From NCBI GenBank assembly GCA_030532035.1, contig JAUNLX010000006.1, positions 6,191 to 70,190 of the forward strand: a stretch of DNA of 64,000 nucleotides, written 5' to 3'. Below, piece after piece: positions 36,865 to 46,917 of this stretch (positions are counted from its first letter, which is position 1; the number at the start of each line of letters is the position of its first letter). Below the pieces are notes generated by a model. The model had not been told where the DNA came from, made no database searches, and worked only from the letters and a program-made list of their open reading frames with translations. The position numbers were made by a program, and so were the translations under genes. Origin of the DNA: Clostridia bacterium (GTDB lineage Bacteria > Bacillota > Clostridia > Oscillospirales > Acutalibacteraceae).

Positions 36865-39138
36865 CTAAAAATCAGCAACATTTTCAGAACTTTTGAAATA
36901 TATCGTAACTGTTGAAGCATAGGGAATGCTCGTCCCAGCTTTTGCGCTTTGCCTGTATACTAAGCTTTCTTTGCCCTTTATATATCCACTCATTTTAAGA
37001 TTAATGCCAGAAGAACGAGCTGTTTTAACAGCCTGAGTCATATTCATTCCCTCAAAATTTGGAACCGAAATATTTGGTATTTTAGAATTTTTTTCTGTCA
37101 TCAATAAAATTGTTCCATTTTTAGCAATCAAATTATTAATCGCTGGAAATTGAGCAATAACTTTACCCTTATTTCCTATAACTTTGACAGAAAAACCCTT
37201 ATTTTGTAAATCAATTGCAGCTTCTTTAGAATCTTTGCCTATAATTTCTGGAACTTTAATATTTAATTTAGCAAGCTCTTCATCGGTATATTCTGGCTCT
37301 ATATTATAATAGTTAAGTGTATTTTTTAAAACTTCAGCAGCAGTAGGAGCAGCAACAACAGAGCCATAAAAAGTTCCTTCTGGCTCGTCGACCATTATTA
37401 AAATTGCAATTTCAGGGTCATCGGCAGGAGCTAAACCTGCAAAAGAAGAGATATATTTGCCTTTTGCAAGGAGTTTTTGAGAGGTTCCTGTCTTTCCAGC
37501 AACTCTATAACCGGGGATGTATGCATTTTTTGCAATACCACTTTTTACGCCCTCTTCCATCATATCAACAACAGTTTTAGCGGTTTTGGGACTAACGACT
37601 TGTCTTTTTACCGTAGGTACATTTTGAATTATTGTATTTTGATTTTCATCAAGAACTCTATCAACTATATAAGGTGTCATTAATTTCCCGTCATTGCCCA
37701 GAGAACAAATAGCAGTTAAGATTTGCAGAGGCGTGATTTGAAAAGTTTGACCAAAAGAACTTGAAGCAAGTTGTACCTTACCTAAATTGTTAAAATCATG
37801 ATATGTTTTTCCAGCTATGGGCATCATTTCTGAAGGCAAATCCACCCCTGTTTTTTCAGTAAATCCAAAAGCTTCAAAGTATTTAAAGAACTTTTCACTT
37901 CCCATTTTTTGCCCAATTTCTATAAATATAGGGTTACATGAATTAACTAAACCATCTTTGATATTTTCTTTACCATGTCCGCTATGATTACTACAATTAT
38001 ATGTTTTATCAGCAATTTGAATTTTTCCAGAACAATAAAATTCATCTTTCATCGATACAACATTTTCCTCAAGTGCAGCACTTGCAGTAAAACATTTAAA
38101 TACAGAACCCGGTTCATATGAATCTGTAATACATCTGTTTTTCCACTGTTCTTTTATTGCATTTTTTTTGTAGGCTTTTTGTTCAGCTTCATCCTTTATT
38201 TCATCAAGTTTAGTAATGAATACAGGATTTTGTAGCTTTGACGGTTCATTTAAATTAAAATCTGGCTTTGTGCTCATAGCTAAAATAGCACCAGTTTTAA
38301 CATTCATAACAATACCACAGCCATAATTTGCCTTTTTATCCACAATAACCTGTGAAAGTGCATCATCTAAATAATGCTGCACAACAGAATCGATGGTGAG
38401 AACTAAGCTCTGACCATTTTGTGTGCTATATATTTTGTCATACTCTGAACCTATAGATTGAGATAATGCGTTTTTAGCAGTTATACTCCGACCAGGTATA
38501 CCAGTTAATTCATTATCATAATAATATTCTATTCCATTTAATCCTCTGTCTTTATCTCCAGTAAAACCTAAAACGGTAGACGCTGAATTTCCAAAAGGAT
38601 AATATCTTTTCACATCAGAATCATATCCAACAGCATTTGATAATCCTTTATGTTGCTTCAAATCTTTAACTATAGATTCTTTAACATTAAATTCAACTTG
38701 TGATTTAATAACCACATATCTGCTCTTTGAATTTTTTGTTTTTTCTAAAATTTCTTCATAGGGCATTTCAAGTCTTTTAGACAGAATTTGAGAAATAATT
38801 TCTCTGTCTGCTTCATTTTTTATATTGTGAGGATCAACAAAGACTTTGAAAACTGCAGCTGATTTAGCGAGAACTTTCATATTAGCATCATAAATCATTC
38901 CACGATCAGCTTGAATTTTCACATCTGAATACTGTTGTCTTAGAGCAGCATTTCTATATTTTTCTCCGTTTATTAACTGTGCTCTCAGTATGCCTAAAAA
39001 ACCGATAGCAAACCCAATTACGCATAATAATGCGACAATTATGTTTGCTCTCAGTTTTATTTTTTTATCGGGCTTGTTTTTTCTTACATCATTCAGCCGT
39101 CTTTTTTCTTTAATTTTTTGTTCCGAAATTTGTTTCAT
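36865..39138 (-). CDS. class B penicillin-binding protein (FtsI/PBP2B/SpoVD-like) with two C-terminal PASTA domains
   Basis: 757 aa with N-terminal TM helix, GSVFK (SxxK), NSCN (SxN), KTGT and two PASTA-like repeats at the C-terminus. Confidence 0.9.
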   Translation of the reverse strand: MKQISEQKIKEKRRLNDVRKNKPDKKIKLRANIIVALLCVIGFAIGFLGILRAQLINGEKYRNAALRQQYSDVKIQADRGMIYDANMKVLAKSAAVFKVFVDPHNIKNEADREIISQILSKRLEMPYEEILEKTKNSKSRYVVIKSQVEFNVKESIVKDLKQHKGLSNAVGYDSDVKRYYPFGNSASTVLGFTGDKDRGLNGIEYYYDNELTGIPGRSITAKNALSQSIGSEYDKIYSTQNGQSLVLTIDSVVQHYLDDALSQVIVDKKANYGCGIVMNVKTGAILAMSTKPDFNLNEPSKLQNPVFITKLDEIKDEAEQKAYKKNAIKEQWKNRCITDSYEPGSVFKCFTASAALEENVVSMKDEFYCSGKIQIADKTYNCSNHSGHGKENIKDGLVNSCNPIFIEIGQKMGSEKFFKYFEAFGFTEKTGVDLPSEMMPIAGKTYHDFNNLGKVQLASSSFGQTFQITPLQILTAICSLGNDGKLMTPYIVDRVLDENQNTIIQNVPTVKRQVVSPKTAKTVVDMMEEGVKSGIAKNAYIPGYRVAGKTGTSQKLLAKGKYISSFAGLAPADDPEIAILIMVDEPEGTFYGSVVAAPTAAEVLKNTLNYYNIEPEYTDEELAKLNIKVPEIIGKDSKEAAIDLQNKGFSVKVIGNKGKVIAQFPAINNLIAKNGTILLMTEKNSKIPNISVPNFEGMNMTQAVKTARSSGINLKMSGYIKGKESLVYRQSAKAGTSIPYASTVTIYFKSSENVADF

Positions 39139-39607
39139 TTTTCTTTTTAATTCGAAGTTTTGAGAAATTTGTACTATCTTCTTTTTCAGTCACCGTAACT
39201 TTATCTTCACGGTCCATTTTAACATATTCTATTTGCGTATCTTGAACTTTTACCATTCCAAGCTTATTTTTTGCAATATCTTCAACTTTTTCAAGTGACA
39301 TCGCAGTCTCTAACTTTGTATTGAGTCGTACATTTTCTCCAGCTAAAACTTCAGTCTGTCTTTTTAATTTCTGTTCTTGTCTTCCAATTTCATCTATTTT
39401 AACTCGAGAGAATAACAAAAGTCCAATCATTGTGAATAAAAGAGCGGAAATAAATACCACTTTGATGGCTTTGATATTTGCCGCCTGTCTTTCAAGGCGG
39501 ATGTTTTTCGAGCTTTTTTTAATAACTCTTGGATTTAGTCTTTTGGGATTTCTTTCCGGTACTGGATTAATCCTTGGTAAAGCATATGCGTTGCTTGTAT
39601 TATTCAT
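39110..39607 (-). CDS. ftsL: FtsL-like cell division protein
   Basis: 165 aa bitopic protein with a TM helix (VVFISALLFTMIGLLLF) then a coiled-coil, in the canonical position between rsmH and the PBP gene. Confidence 0.7.
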   Translation of the reverse strand: MNNTSNAYALPRINPVPERNPKRLNPRVIKKSSKNIRLERQAANIKAIKVVFISALLFTMIGLLLFSRVKIDEIGRQEQKLKRQTEVLAGENVRLNTKLETAMSLEKVEDIAKNKLGMVKVQDTQIEYVKMDREDKVTVTEKEDSTNFSKLRIKKKNETNFGTKN

Positions 39608-39618
39608 TTTCCCGCCTC

Positions 39619-40551
39619 CTATTTATAAATTTTTTCTATGCACCTTAATCTTGCACTTTTTGCTCTTGTATTCTTTTCTGTTTCAATTTCACTTGGCGAT
39701 TTTTTTCTAACTATTATTTTTCCTTGACTTTTGTGTCCGCAAACACAAACTGGAAATTCTGGTGGGCAAATACATCCTTGAGCAAATTCTCTGAATACAT
39801 TCTTTACTATTCTGTCCTCGGCAGAATGGAAAGTTATAATTGCCAGTCTTCCCCCAACCGATAAACTTTCGAACATATTTTTTACACTAAATTCAAGGTC
39901 TGTGAGTTCACCATTCACTTCAATTCTAAGAGCTTGAAATGTTTTTCTTGCAGGATGTGATTTTCTTCTCTCTCTCTGTGGATACGCATTTTTCACAATT
40001 TCAGCGAGTTCAAAAGTAGTCTCTATTTCTTTATTTTGCCTATAATTCACAATTTCGTTTGCTATTTTCCCCGCAAATTTTTCATCTGCATATTCAAATA
40101 AAATTCTCTTTATTTCTTCTTGTTCATATGTATTAACAATGTCTTTCGCAGAAATGCCGTCTTTTGACATTCTCATATCAAGAGGGGCGTTTTTATGAAA
40201 AGAAAAGCCTCTTGAGTCTGTATCTAATTGATGAGAAGAAACACCTAAATCAGCAATTATTCCATCTACTTGTTCTATATTTAAATGATTAAGTACAGAG
40301 ATTATATTTTTATAATTGTCACGAACGATGGTTACTCTTTTATCTCCAGCAAATCTTTTTGATATTTCAGATATTGCGTCAGGGTCTCGGTCTATTAAAA
40401 CTAATTTTGCTTTTTCACTTAAATTTTTAAGAATTTCTGCAGAATGTCCACCGCCTCCTGCAGTAGCATCAATGTAAATTCCGTCTTCTTTGATATTTAG
40501 AGCTTCTATACTTTCTTTCAATAGAACACTTGTATGATATTCACTCATCAA
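39619..40551 (-). CDS. rsmH: 16S rRNA (cytosine1402-N4)-methyltransferase
   Basis: 310 aa with HTSVLL, DATAGGGGHS, DLGVSS.QLD and TFHS.EDR. Confidence 0.93.
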   Translation of the reverse strand: MMSEYHTSVLLKESIEALNIKEDGIYIDATAGGGGHSAEILKNLSEKAKLVLIDRDPDAISEISKRFAGDKRVTIVRDNYKNIISVLNHLNIEQVDGIIADLGVSSHQLDTDSRGFSFHKNAPLDMRMSKDGISAKDIVNTYEQEEIKRILFEYADEKFAGKIANEIVNYRQNKEIETTFELAEIVKNAYPQRERRKSHPARKTFQALRIEVNGELTDLEFSVKNMFESLSVGGRLAIITFHSAEDRIVKNVFREFAQGCICPPEFPVCVCGHKSQGKIIVRKKSPSEIETEKNTRAKSARLRCIEKIYK

Positions 40552-40976
40552 TAATGAACCTCTGTATGATTTTCACTGTCATTTACAACATCTTGCATAT
40601 CAGACAAATTATCATTCCATTTTTCAGCGTCCCAGAGTTCAATTCTCTTTCCGGCACCAACAACCGTAACTTTGTCTTTCAATCCAGCATAATCAATGAG
40701 CTTTTGATTAACTGTTATTCTTCCCTGTTTATCAGGTTCAACATTTATAGCGTTTCTGAATAAATCTCTTTGAATTTGTCTTGATTTTGGTCCAGGTGGC
40801 AAATTGTAAATTTCTTCACAGACTCTATCCCAATTTTCATTTGAATAAATGAATAAACAGTCATCGGGAGCTTTACATAAAACAAAAGATGTACCGAGTT
40901 CTGTTCTGAACTTGGCAGGAATGAATATTCTATTTTTAGGATCCATCGTGTGATTGTATTCACCTAAAAATGCCAT
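40548..40976 (-). CDS. mraZ: transcriptional regulator MraZ
   Basis: 142 aa with FLGEY...D.KNRIFIPAKFR and a second DKQGRITV repeat. Confidence 0.93.
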   Translation of the reverse strand: MAFLGEYNHTMDPKNRIFIPAKFRTELGTSFVLCKAPDDCLFIYSNENWDRVCEEIYNLPPGPKSRQIQRDLFRNAINVEPDKQGRITVNQKLIDYAGLKDKVTVVGAGKRIELWDAEKWNDNLSDMQDVVNDSENHTEVHY

Positions 40977-41028
40977 CCATCGTTCCCCTTTTTAACCCTT
41001 TTTACTACTATTCGCTCCACTTAAGTGA

Positions 41029-41057
41029 ATTATATCCCTGTTTTTCCTTGATTGCAA
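41029..41057 (-). promoter_or_regulatory. candidate dcw (mraZ) sigma-A promoter
   Basis: Minus strand reads TTGCAA, exactly 17 nt, TATAAT, about 50 nt upstream of the mraZ ATG. G-rich boxes (GTGGAG, AAGGGT, AGGGGA) follow in the leader where MraZ operators would be expected. Confidence 0.6.
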
Positions 41058-41460
41058 GGGCTTTTGAGAGGTTTTTTAGCCGTCTTGTGCCTTGCGAAAA
41101 CTAACCCCTCTATATATTGTGGTTTAATTTAAAACATAAAAAAAACAAGTGAAATTTTGTAGGATTTCACAAGGTTTTTGCGGTATTTTTAATCTTATTT
41201 TTACTCTATATTTTTTTATTTTTACAAATTTAATATTTTTTCAATTTTTTCGAAGCAATATTTCTCAAAAAATCTTGCTTTTTGTCAGTTTTTGCGAAAT
41301 CGAAAACTCAATCTTGCAAAATATTTAAATTATTTGTTTACTTTAGGTGAACTTTATTGATTTTTTGCAATTTTTAGTTGTTTTTTTTTCTTATTTTACT
41401 TATAATACACAACATCTAAGATAGATTTCGAAAATTCGAGGTCGGAAGGAAGGTATACTA

Positions 41461-43476
41461 ATGGAAAACTTGGTTTATGTTTCTCTGGCTGCAGGTATTT
41501 TAGCAGTATTATATGCTGCTTTTCTTGCATTTAGAGTTATAAAACAAAAACCCGGAAATGAAAAAATGACAAAAATTGCAGACGCAATTCACGAAGGTGC
41601 TCAGGCTTTCTTAACTTCTGAATACAAATTCCTTAGTGTTTTCACTGTAATTCTCTTTGTCGCTGTTTCAGTTGCCATTAACTGGCAAACCGGAGTTGCA
41701 TTTTTAATAGGAGCTCTCTTTTCTACTTTTTCTGGATTTTTCGGTATGCGTGTTGCTACAAAAGCTAATGTTCGCACCGCAAATGCCGCTATGGAAAAAG
41801 GAATGAATAAAGCTCTCCAAGTCGCTTTTTCTGGTGGCGGAGTAATGGGAATGCTCGTTGTTGGTCTCGGTTTACTCGGAGTTTCAATAATATATATAGC
41901 ATTCGGACAGCAAGTTGATTATCTTTTCGGTTTTTCTTTGGGTGCTTCTTCAATAGCTCTTTTTGCAAGAGTTGGAGGAGGAATTTATACAAAAGCAGCC
42001 GATGTTGGAGCCGATTTAGTTGGTAAAGTTGAAAACAATATACCTGAAGACGACCCCCGAAATCCCGCTGTTATTGCAGACAATGTTGGAGATAATGTTG
42101 GAGATGTCGCAGGAATGGGCGCTGACTTATATGAATCTTATGTTGGTTCAATAATCTCTTCAATCTCTCTTGGCGCTCTCACTACTTCAGTTGTAGGATT
42201 AATTGACGGTGCTGCTGTTTTATATCCTCTCATATTGTCGGCAGTTGGTATTGTGGCCTCTATAATTGCAACTTTCTTTGTTAGAGGAAAAGACGGTTCA
42301 AATCCTCACAAAGCTCTTAATATTGCAACCTATGTATCCTCTGCTATAGTCGTTGTTTTAGGTGCCGTTTTATGTAAATTTTTCTTCAAAGGATTTAATG
42401 CCTTTTATGCCGTACTGGCTGGTCTCGTTGTCGGACTTGCAATTGGATTTATAACTGAATATTACACCTCAGATAGTTATAAGACTGTTAAGAAAATTGC
42501 AGAAGAATCTCAAACAGGTGCCGCAACAAACATCATTGCAGGACTTTCAAGCGGTATGCTTTCAACTGCTCTGCCAATTTTATTTATCGCAGTTGGCATT
42601 TTCGTAGCATATAAATTCGCAGGTCTTTATGGAATTGCCCTTGCTTCAGTTGGAATGCTTTCAACAGCAGGTATAACAATAGCAGTCGACGCCTATGGTC
42701 CAATAGCTGATAACGCAGGCGGAATTGCTGAAATGGCTGAATTAGACGAAGATGTTAGAAATATTACCGATAAACTCGACTCTGTCGGCAATACAACTGC
42801 CGCAGTTGGAAAAGGTTTTGCAATCGGTTCTGCAGCTCTTACAGCTCTCGCTCTTTTTGCTTCCTTTGCTACAGCTGTTGCACCAGAAGGTAAAACCTTA
42901 ATTATAAATATCCTCGATTCTAAAGTTGTTTGCGGAATGTTAATCGGCGGTATGCTCCCCTTCCTTTTCTGTGCTCTTACTATGAGCAGTGTTGGAAAAG
43001 CTGCAAATGATATGATTAAAGAGGTTAGAAGACAATTTAAGGAATTGCCTGGTATTCTTAATGGAACTCAAGAACCCGATTATAAATCTTGTGTTGAAAT
43101 TTCAACAAAAGCAGCCTTAAGAGAAATGATTCTCCCTGGACTAATTGCAGTTGCAGCTCCTATCATTGTGGGTTTTGTTCTCGGCAGTGAAGCTTTAGGC
43201 GGATTGCTTGCAGGCTCTCTTGTAACAGGTGTTTTACTCGCTATCTTTATGGCAAACTCTGGTGGCGCTTGGGATAATGCAAAAAAATATGTAGAGAGTG
43301 GAAACTTCGGTGGAAAAGGTTCTGACACTCACCACGCAACCGTTATTGGAGATACAGTTGGAGATCCATTTAAAGATACTTCAGGTCCGTCAATTAACAT
43401 TCTAATTAAACTTATGACCATAGTGTCTTTAGTATTCGCTCCATTGATAGCTCAATATGGCGGTCTTATAAAATAA
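41461..43476 (+). CDS. hppA: membrane-bound ion-translocating pyrophosphatase
   Basis: 671 aa polytopic protein with [28 protein letters not shown] and [15 protein letters not shown]. Confidence 0.93.
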   Translation: MENLVYVSLAAGILAVLYAAFLAFRVIKQKPGNEKMTKIADAIHEGAQAFLTSEYKFLSVFTVILFVAVSVAINWQTGVAFLIGALFSTFSGFFGMRVATKANVRTANAAMEKGMNKALQVAFSGGGVMGMLVVGLGLLGVSIIYIAFGQQVDYLFGFSLGASSIALFARVGGGIYTKAADVGADLVGKVENNIPEDDPRNPAVIADNVGDNVGDVAGMGADLYESYVGSIISSISLGALTTSVVGLIDGAAVLYPLILSAVGIVASIIATFFVRGKDGSNPHKALNIATYVSSAIVVVLGAVLCKFFFKGFNAFYAVLAGLVVGLAIGFITEYYTSDSYKTVKKIAEESQTGAATNIIAGLSSGMLSTALPILFIAVGIFVAYKFAGLYGIALASVGMLSTAGITIAVDAYGPIADNAGGIAEMAELDEDVRNITDKLDSVGNTTAAVGKGFAIGSAALTALALFASFATAVAPEGKTLIINILDSKVVCGMLIGGMLPFLFCALTMSSVGKAANDMIKEVRRQFKELPGILNGTQEPDYKSCVEISTKAALREMILPGLIAVAAPIIVGFVLGSEALGGLLAGSLVTGVLLAIFMANSGGAWDNAKKYVESGNFGGKGSDTHHATVIGDTVGDPFKDTSGPSINILIKLMTIVSLVFAPLIAQYGGLIK

Positions 43477-43492
43477 TTGATTGATAAAATTC

Positions 43493-43523
43493 AAAAGCTC
43501 CTTGCATAGCAAGGGGCTTTTTA
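43493..43523 (+). terminator. terminator after hppA
   Basis: AGCTCCTTGC-ATA-GCAAGGGGCT followed by TTTTT. Confidence 0.75.
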
Positions 43524-43619
43524 TTATGTAAAAGTCATCTTTTAAACTCATTTTGTCTTTAATATAAATTTTATGATATAATTAATATCAATTTAACAAT
43601 GTTGCTGTTGGGGATTGGT

Positions 43620-46600
43620 ATGAAAAAAATCAAAGAAAAAACAATGAAAAAAAATAATTCAAAAAATAAAAAAGCTCTTCGCAATTTGAAGCTGATATTT
43701 CCCCTCTTAATAACTTTAATGCTTGTCGTAATTAGCGAGCTTATTCTCATTTATTACTCTGGATTTAAGAAGTATCTGCTACAAGATCAAGTTGTCTTTA
43801 TGCAAGTTATAAATGTCATTGCATTTTGTTTGATTTTGTTGCTTCTTATAAGAATTATTTTGATACGCATTCATTACAAAAAAAATTATGAAACCGATCC
43901 AATAACTAACCAAATTAATTTTGATGTTTTTCAAAGAAAAGTAAAAAATACACTTAAACGCAATCCCTCTAAAACTTTTTACATTTATATAATGCATATT
44001 CCCAATTTTCAAACCTTAAATGAAATTTTTGAATATGCAAGGTGCAATTTAATATTAGCTGAAATCGGCAGATACTTAAATCGTTATTTTAACAATATTT
44101 ATGAATTTCATTCTCGCCTTTACTCTGATAAATTTGTTATTTTTTCTCCACGAAATATAGCTGAAAATGATATTTTCATGGATTATATGTCAAAAAACAT
44201 ATCTAAGATTAAGTTATCCGGAGATAATCCTCCAAATTTAACTATACAAGTCGGTGCATACGAAATTCCCAAAGATAGATATGACAATGATATTTATTCT
44301 TTGATTGGCAATGCGTCTTTAGCTTTAGAAAATGTAAATCATTATGATTCCTGTATCGTTGAATACGATGAAGATATTAAAAAATATGTAACCAAAAAAG
44401 CTAAGATTGAACAGAAAATGCACAAAGCTCTCAAAAATGGAGAGTTCAAAGTATTTATTCAACCTAAGCACAGAACTTCCAACGAAAAATTGGTCGGCTG
44501 TGAAGCCCTTATTCGTTGGCAAGACCCTGAATTAGGGCTCTTAAATCCAGGGCAATTCATTGATGTTTTTGAAAAAAATCGTTTTATTTATAACATAGAT
44601 TTATTTGTTTTAGATAAAGTTTGTGAACTTACAAAGAAAAGAATAGCAATGAAAAAACCTGTTATTCCAATATCTGTCAACATTTCTCCAATTGATTTAA
44701 GTTTTCCAAACTTCATACAAGAATGTATAGAAACAAAAAATAAATACAAAATACCAGACAATATAATAGAATTAGAATTTACAGAAACCGTATTTGTAGA
44801 AAATAAAAAGCAGGCGTTCCATGTAATGAACGCTTTACACGACAATGGTTTTAAGATTAGTATCGATGATTTTGGCAAAAAATATTCATCATTAAATTTG
44901 ATTTTAGATTTGCCCGTAGACACCATTAAATTAGACGCTTCCTTTTTTTCCTCGGTTCGCAATCTCTCTATCGTTAGAAATATAGTGGCAATGTCGAGAG
45001 CCCTGGGAATTATAACTATTGCCGAAGGGGTAGAAACTTTAGAAACTTTAGATTTTCTTAAAATGATCGGTTGCAATATCGTACAGGGCTTCTATTTTTC
45101 AAAACCAATGCCACAGGAAGAATTTGAAGACTATATGATAAAAAATGAACCAGAAAGTGACAATGACTATGATTCAGACTATGATAGACTAATTGAACTT
45201 GCTCCGACTGATGTACCTTTCGACAGAGTTTTGAATGAAAAATATCTCGTTATTTTACATATAAATTTATCTGACGGTTCATTTATCTTACATCCAAGAA
45301 ATTCTAATTCTGATATACAAAAATTCAACTCGCAATTTTCAAATATTGACGAGTTAAGTGAATTTTTCTGTAAAAATTATGTATTTGAAGAAGACAAGGA
45401 ACTTTTCAGAAATAATTTAAATACCAAAGCTTTACGCAAGCATTTCAAATATCGTGGGGAATTAATTTTGAATTTTCGTTATCTTGAAAATTCAGATTTA
45501 TATTCTACTGCAAGCTTACAAATTTTGAGAGCAAGATCTGAAAAGAGCGATAACATAAAATTACTTGCTTATATGCGAAACATCGATGACAACGACTTCA
45601 ATGAATTTTCCAAAGTTTCAGAAATAAATGCTGATTCCACTTATATAATGCCATATATTACTAAAACTGGTAATTTACATTGTACTCTATATATTAATTT
45701 AGAGACACAAAAAATAAAAATCATTGAAAACAAAATTTTTAAAGAAGGTATTCCCAAAAAAGAAACCTTAAAAAATTTCACTGTATCATATGATTATATT
45801 AAAAGCCATCTTATTGCTCCAGAAAGCCTCAAAGATTTTGAACGCCTATCCATTGACAATCTCAAAAAACTCGATGAAAAAGAGAATTTTATTTTAGATT
45901 ATATTATAAATGCAAAACTCAATATAGACTCTTCTCTCTATATTCCTTTCAGAGTGTTTGTATACAAGGAAAATAGAAAAGGAATTCCACATGTCCTCAT
46001 AACTATCGCAAAAGCTGTTGACAGTATTCAAACAGTAAAATTAAAAACTTTGCTTGAACTTCATAACAGTTTGCTTTGCGAACAATTTGATTCTTTTATG
46101 TATGTAAATATCACTAAAGATACTTTTTTCTATACCAACTTTAAAAAATTTGATGAAAATAATCTCAATAGTCTTATTACTGGACGATATTCTTTCGTCC
46201 CCGAATTTAGATTCAAAACACTCTTTAAGAAAGAAGATTTTTCTCTTGTACAAAGTCTATATTCACTTGAGGCTCTTGAAAAACTTTTTGACCATCAAGA
46301 AATAAACACTTTTTCCAATGAACTTTTAATGCAATCCATAGACGGTAGAGATAACGTTTTTCGTTGGACTGAAATATATACTGTCTGTGCAAAAACTCTA
46401 AATGAAAGCGGAGATAAAACTGTCGCAATTTACTTTAGAAATAATGAACACCAGCATAAAATTGATGAGATTTTTACAAACAAACATAAGGATTTATATA
46501 ATGTTTATTCTCTTTTTGATTTTATTATCTGTCATTCTTTAGATCCGGATACTAAAGCACATTTCTTGGGTGGTAACTTGGTCCCCTCCAATTATTTGAA

Positions 46601-46847
46601 GAAAGATTTAGATTTAAGTTTCATCAAAAAATTTGTGTTTGAACAACTTGTAGACAACGACTCTAAACAAGAATTTTTAAATTCTACAAGTAATAGAAAG
46701 CTAAAGCAAAGCTTTGAAAATATTCCAAATTATCACTGTACATTTAAAGGCAAAAATTCTAACCAAACAGTCGATATAAATTGCGTGATGAACTCCAAAG
46801 ACAATCTTGTATATGTTTATATTAAATCTTATGACAATAAAGAATAA
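43620..46847 (+). CDS. membrane-anchored degenerate-GGDEF / EAL c-di-GMP phosphodiesterase with long C-terminal repeated PAS-like region
   Basis: Two N-terminal TM helices. The GGDEF-fold region has the signature replaced by LYSDKF. The EAL domain has intact catalytic residues (CEALIRW, VNIS, ELEFTE, IDDFG, IKLD, AEGVE, QGFYF). About 560 further aa follow. The start is uncertain (43599, 43620 or 43644). Confidence 0.8.
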   Translation: MKKIKEKTMKKNNSKNKKALRNLKLIFPLLITLMLVVISELILIYYSGFKKYLLQDQVVFMQVINVIAFCLILLLLIRIILIRIHYKKNYETDPITNQINFDVFQRKVKNTLKRNPSKTFYIYIMHIPNFQTLNEIFEYARCNLILAEIGRYLNRYFNNIYEFHSRLYSDKFVIFSPRNIAENDIFMDYMSKNISKIKLSGDNPPNLTIQVGAYEIPKDRYDNDIYSLIGNASLALENVNHYDSCIVEYDEDIKKYVTKKAKIEQKMHKALKNGEFKVFIQPKHRTSNEKLVGCEALIRWQDPELGLLNPGQFIDVFEKNRFIYNIDLFVLDKVCELTKKRIAMKKPVIPISVNISPIDLSFPNFIQECIETKNKYKIPDNIIELEFTETVFVENKKQAFHVMNALHDNGFKISIDDFGKKYSSLNLILDLPVDTIKLDASFFSSVRNLSIVRNIVAMSRALGIITIAEGVETLETLDFLKMIGCNIVQGFYFSKPMPQEEFEDYMIKNEPESDNDYDSDYDRLIELAPTDVPFDRVLNEKYLVILHINLSDGSFILHPRNSNSDIQKFNSQFSNIDELSEFFCKNYVFEEDKELFRNNLNTKALRKHFKYRGELILNFRYLENSDLYSTASLQILRARSEKSDNIKLLAYMRNIDDNDFNEFSKVSEINADSTYIMPYITKTGNLHCTLYINLETQKIKIIENKIFKEGIPKKETLKNFTVSYDYIKSHLIAPESLKDFERLSIDNLKKLDEKENFILDYIINAKLNIDSSLYIPFRVFVYKENRKGIPHVLITIAKAVDSIQTVKLKTLLELHNSLLCEQFDSFMYVNITKDTFFYTNFKKFDENNLNSLITGRYSFVPEFRFKTLFKKEDFSLVQSLYSLEALEKLFDHQEINTFSNELLMQSIDGRDNVFRWTEIYTVCAKTLNESGDKTVAIYFRNNEHQHKIDEIFTNKHKDLYNVYSLFDFIICHSLDPDTKAHFLGGNLVPSNYLKKDLDLSFIKKFVFEQLVDNDSKQEFLNSTSNRKLKQSFENIPNYHCTFKGKNSNQTVDINCVMNSKDNLVYVYIKSYDNKE

Positions 46848-46874
46848 AACAAAGGAATAAAATTCCTTTGTTTT
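46846..46874. terminator. bidirectional terminator between convergent genes
   Basis: AAAACAAAGGAAT-AAA-ATTCCTTTGTTTT. Confidence 0.75.
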
Positions 46875-46917
46875 ATTTCATATTATGTAAAAAGTCTATT
46901 TATTTATAATTTAATTT

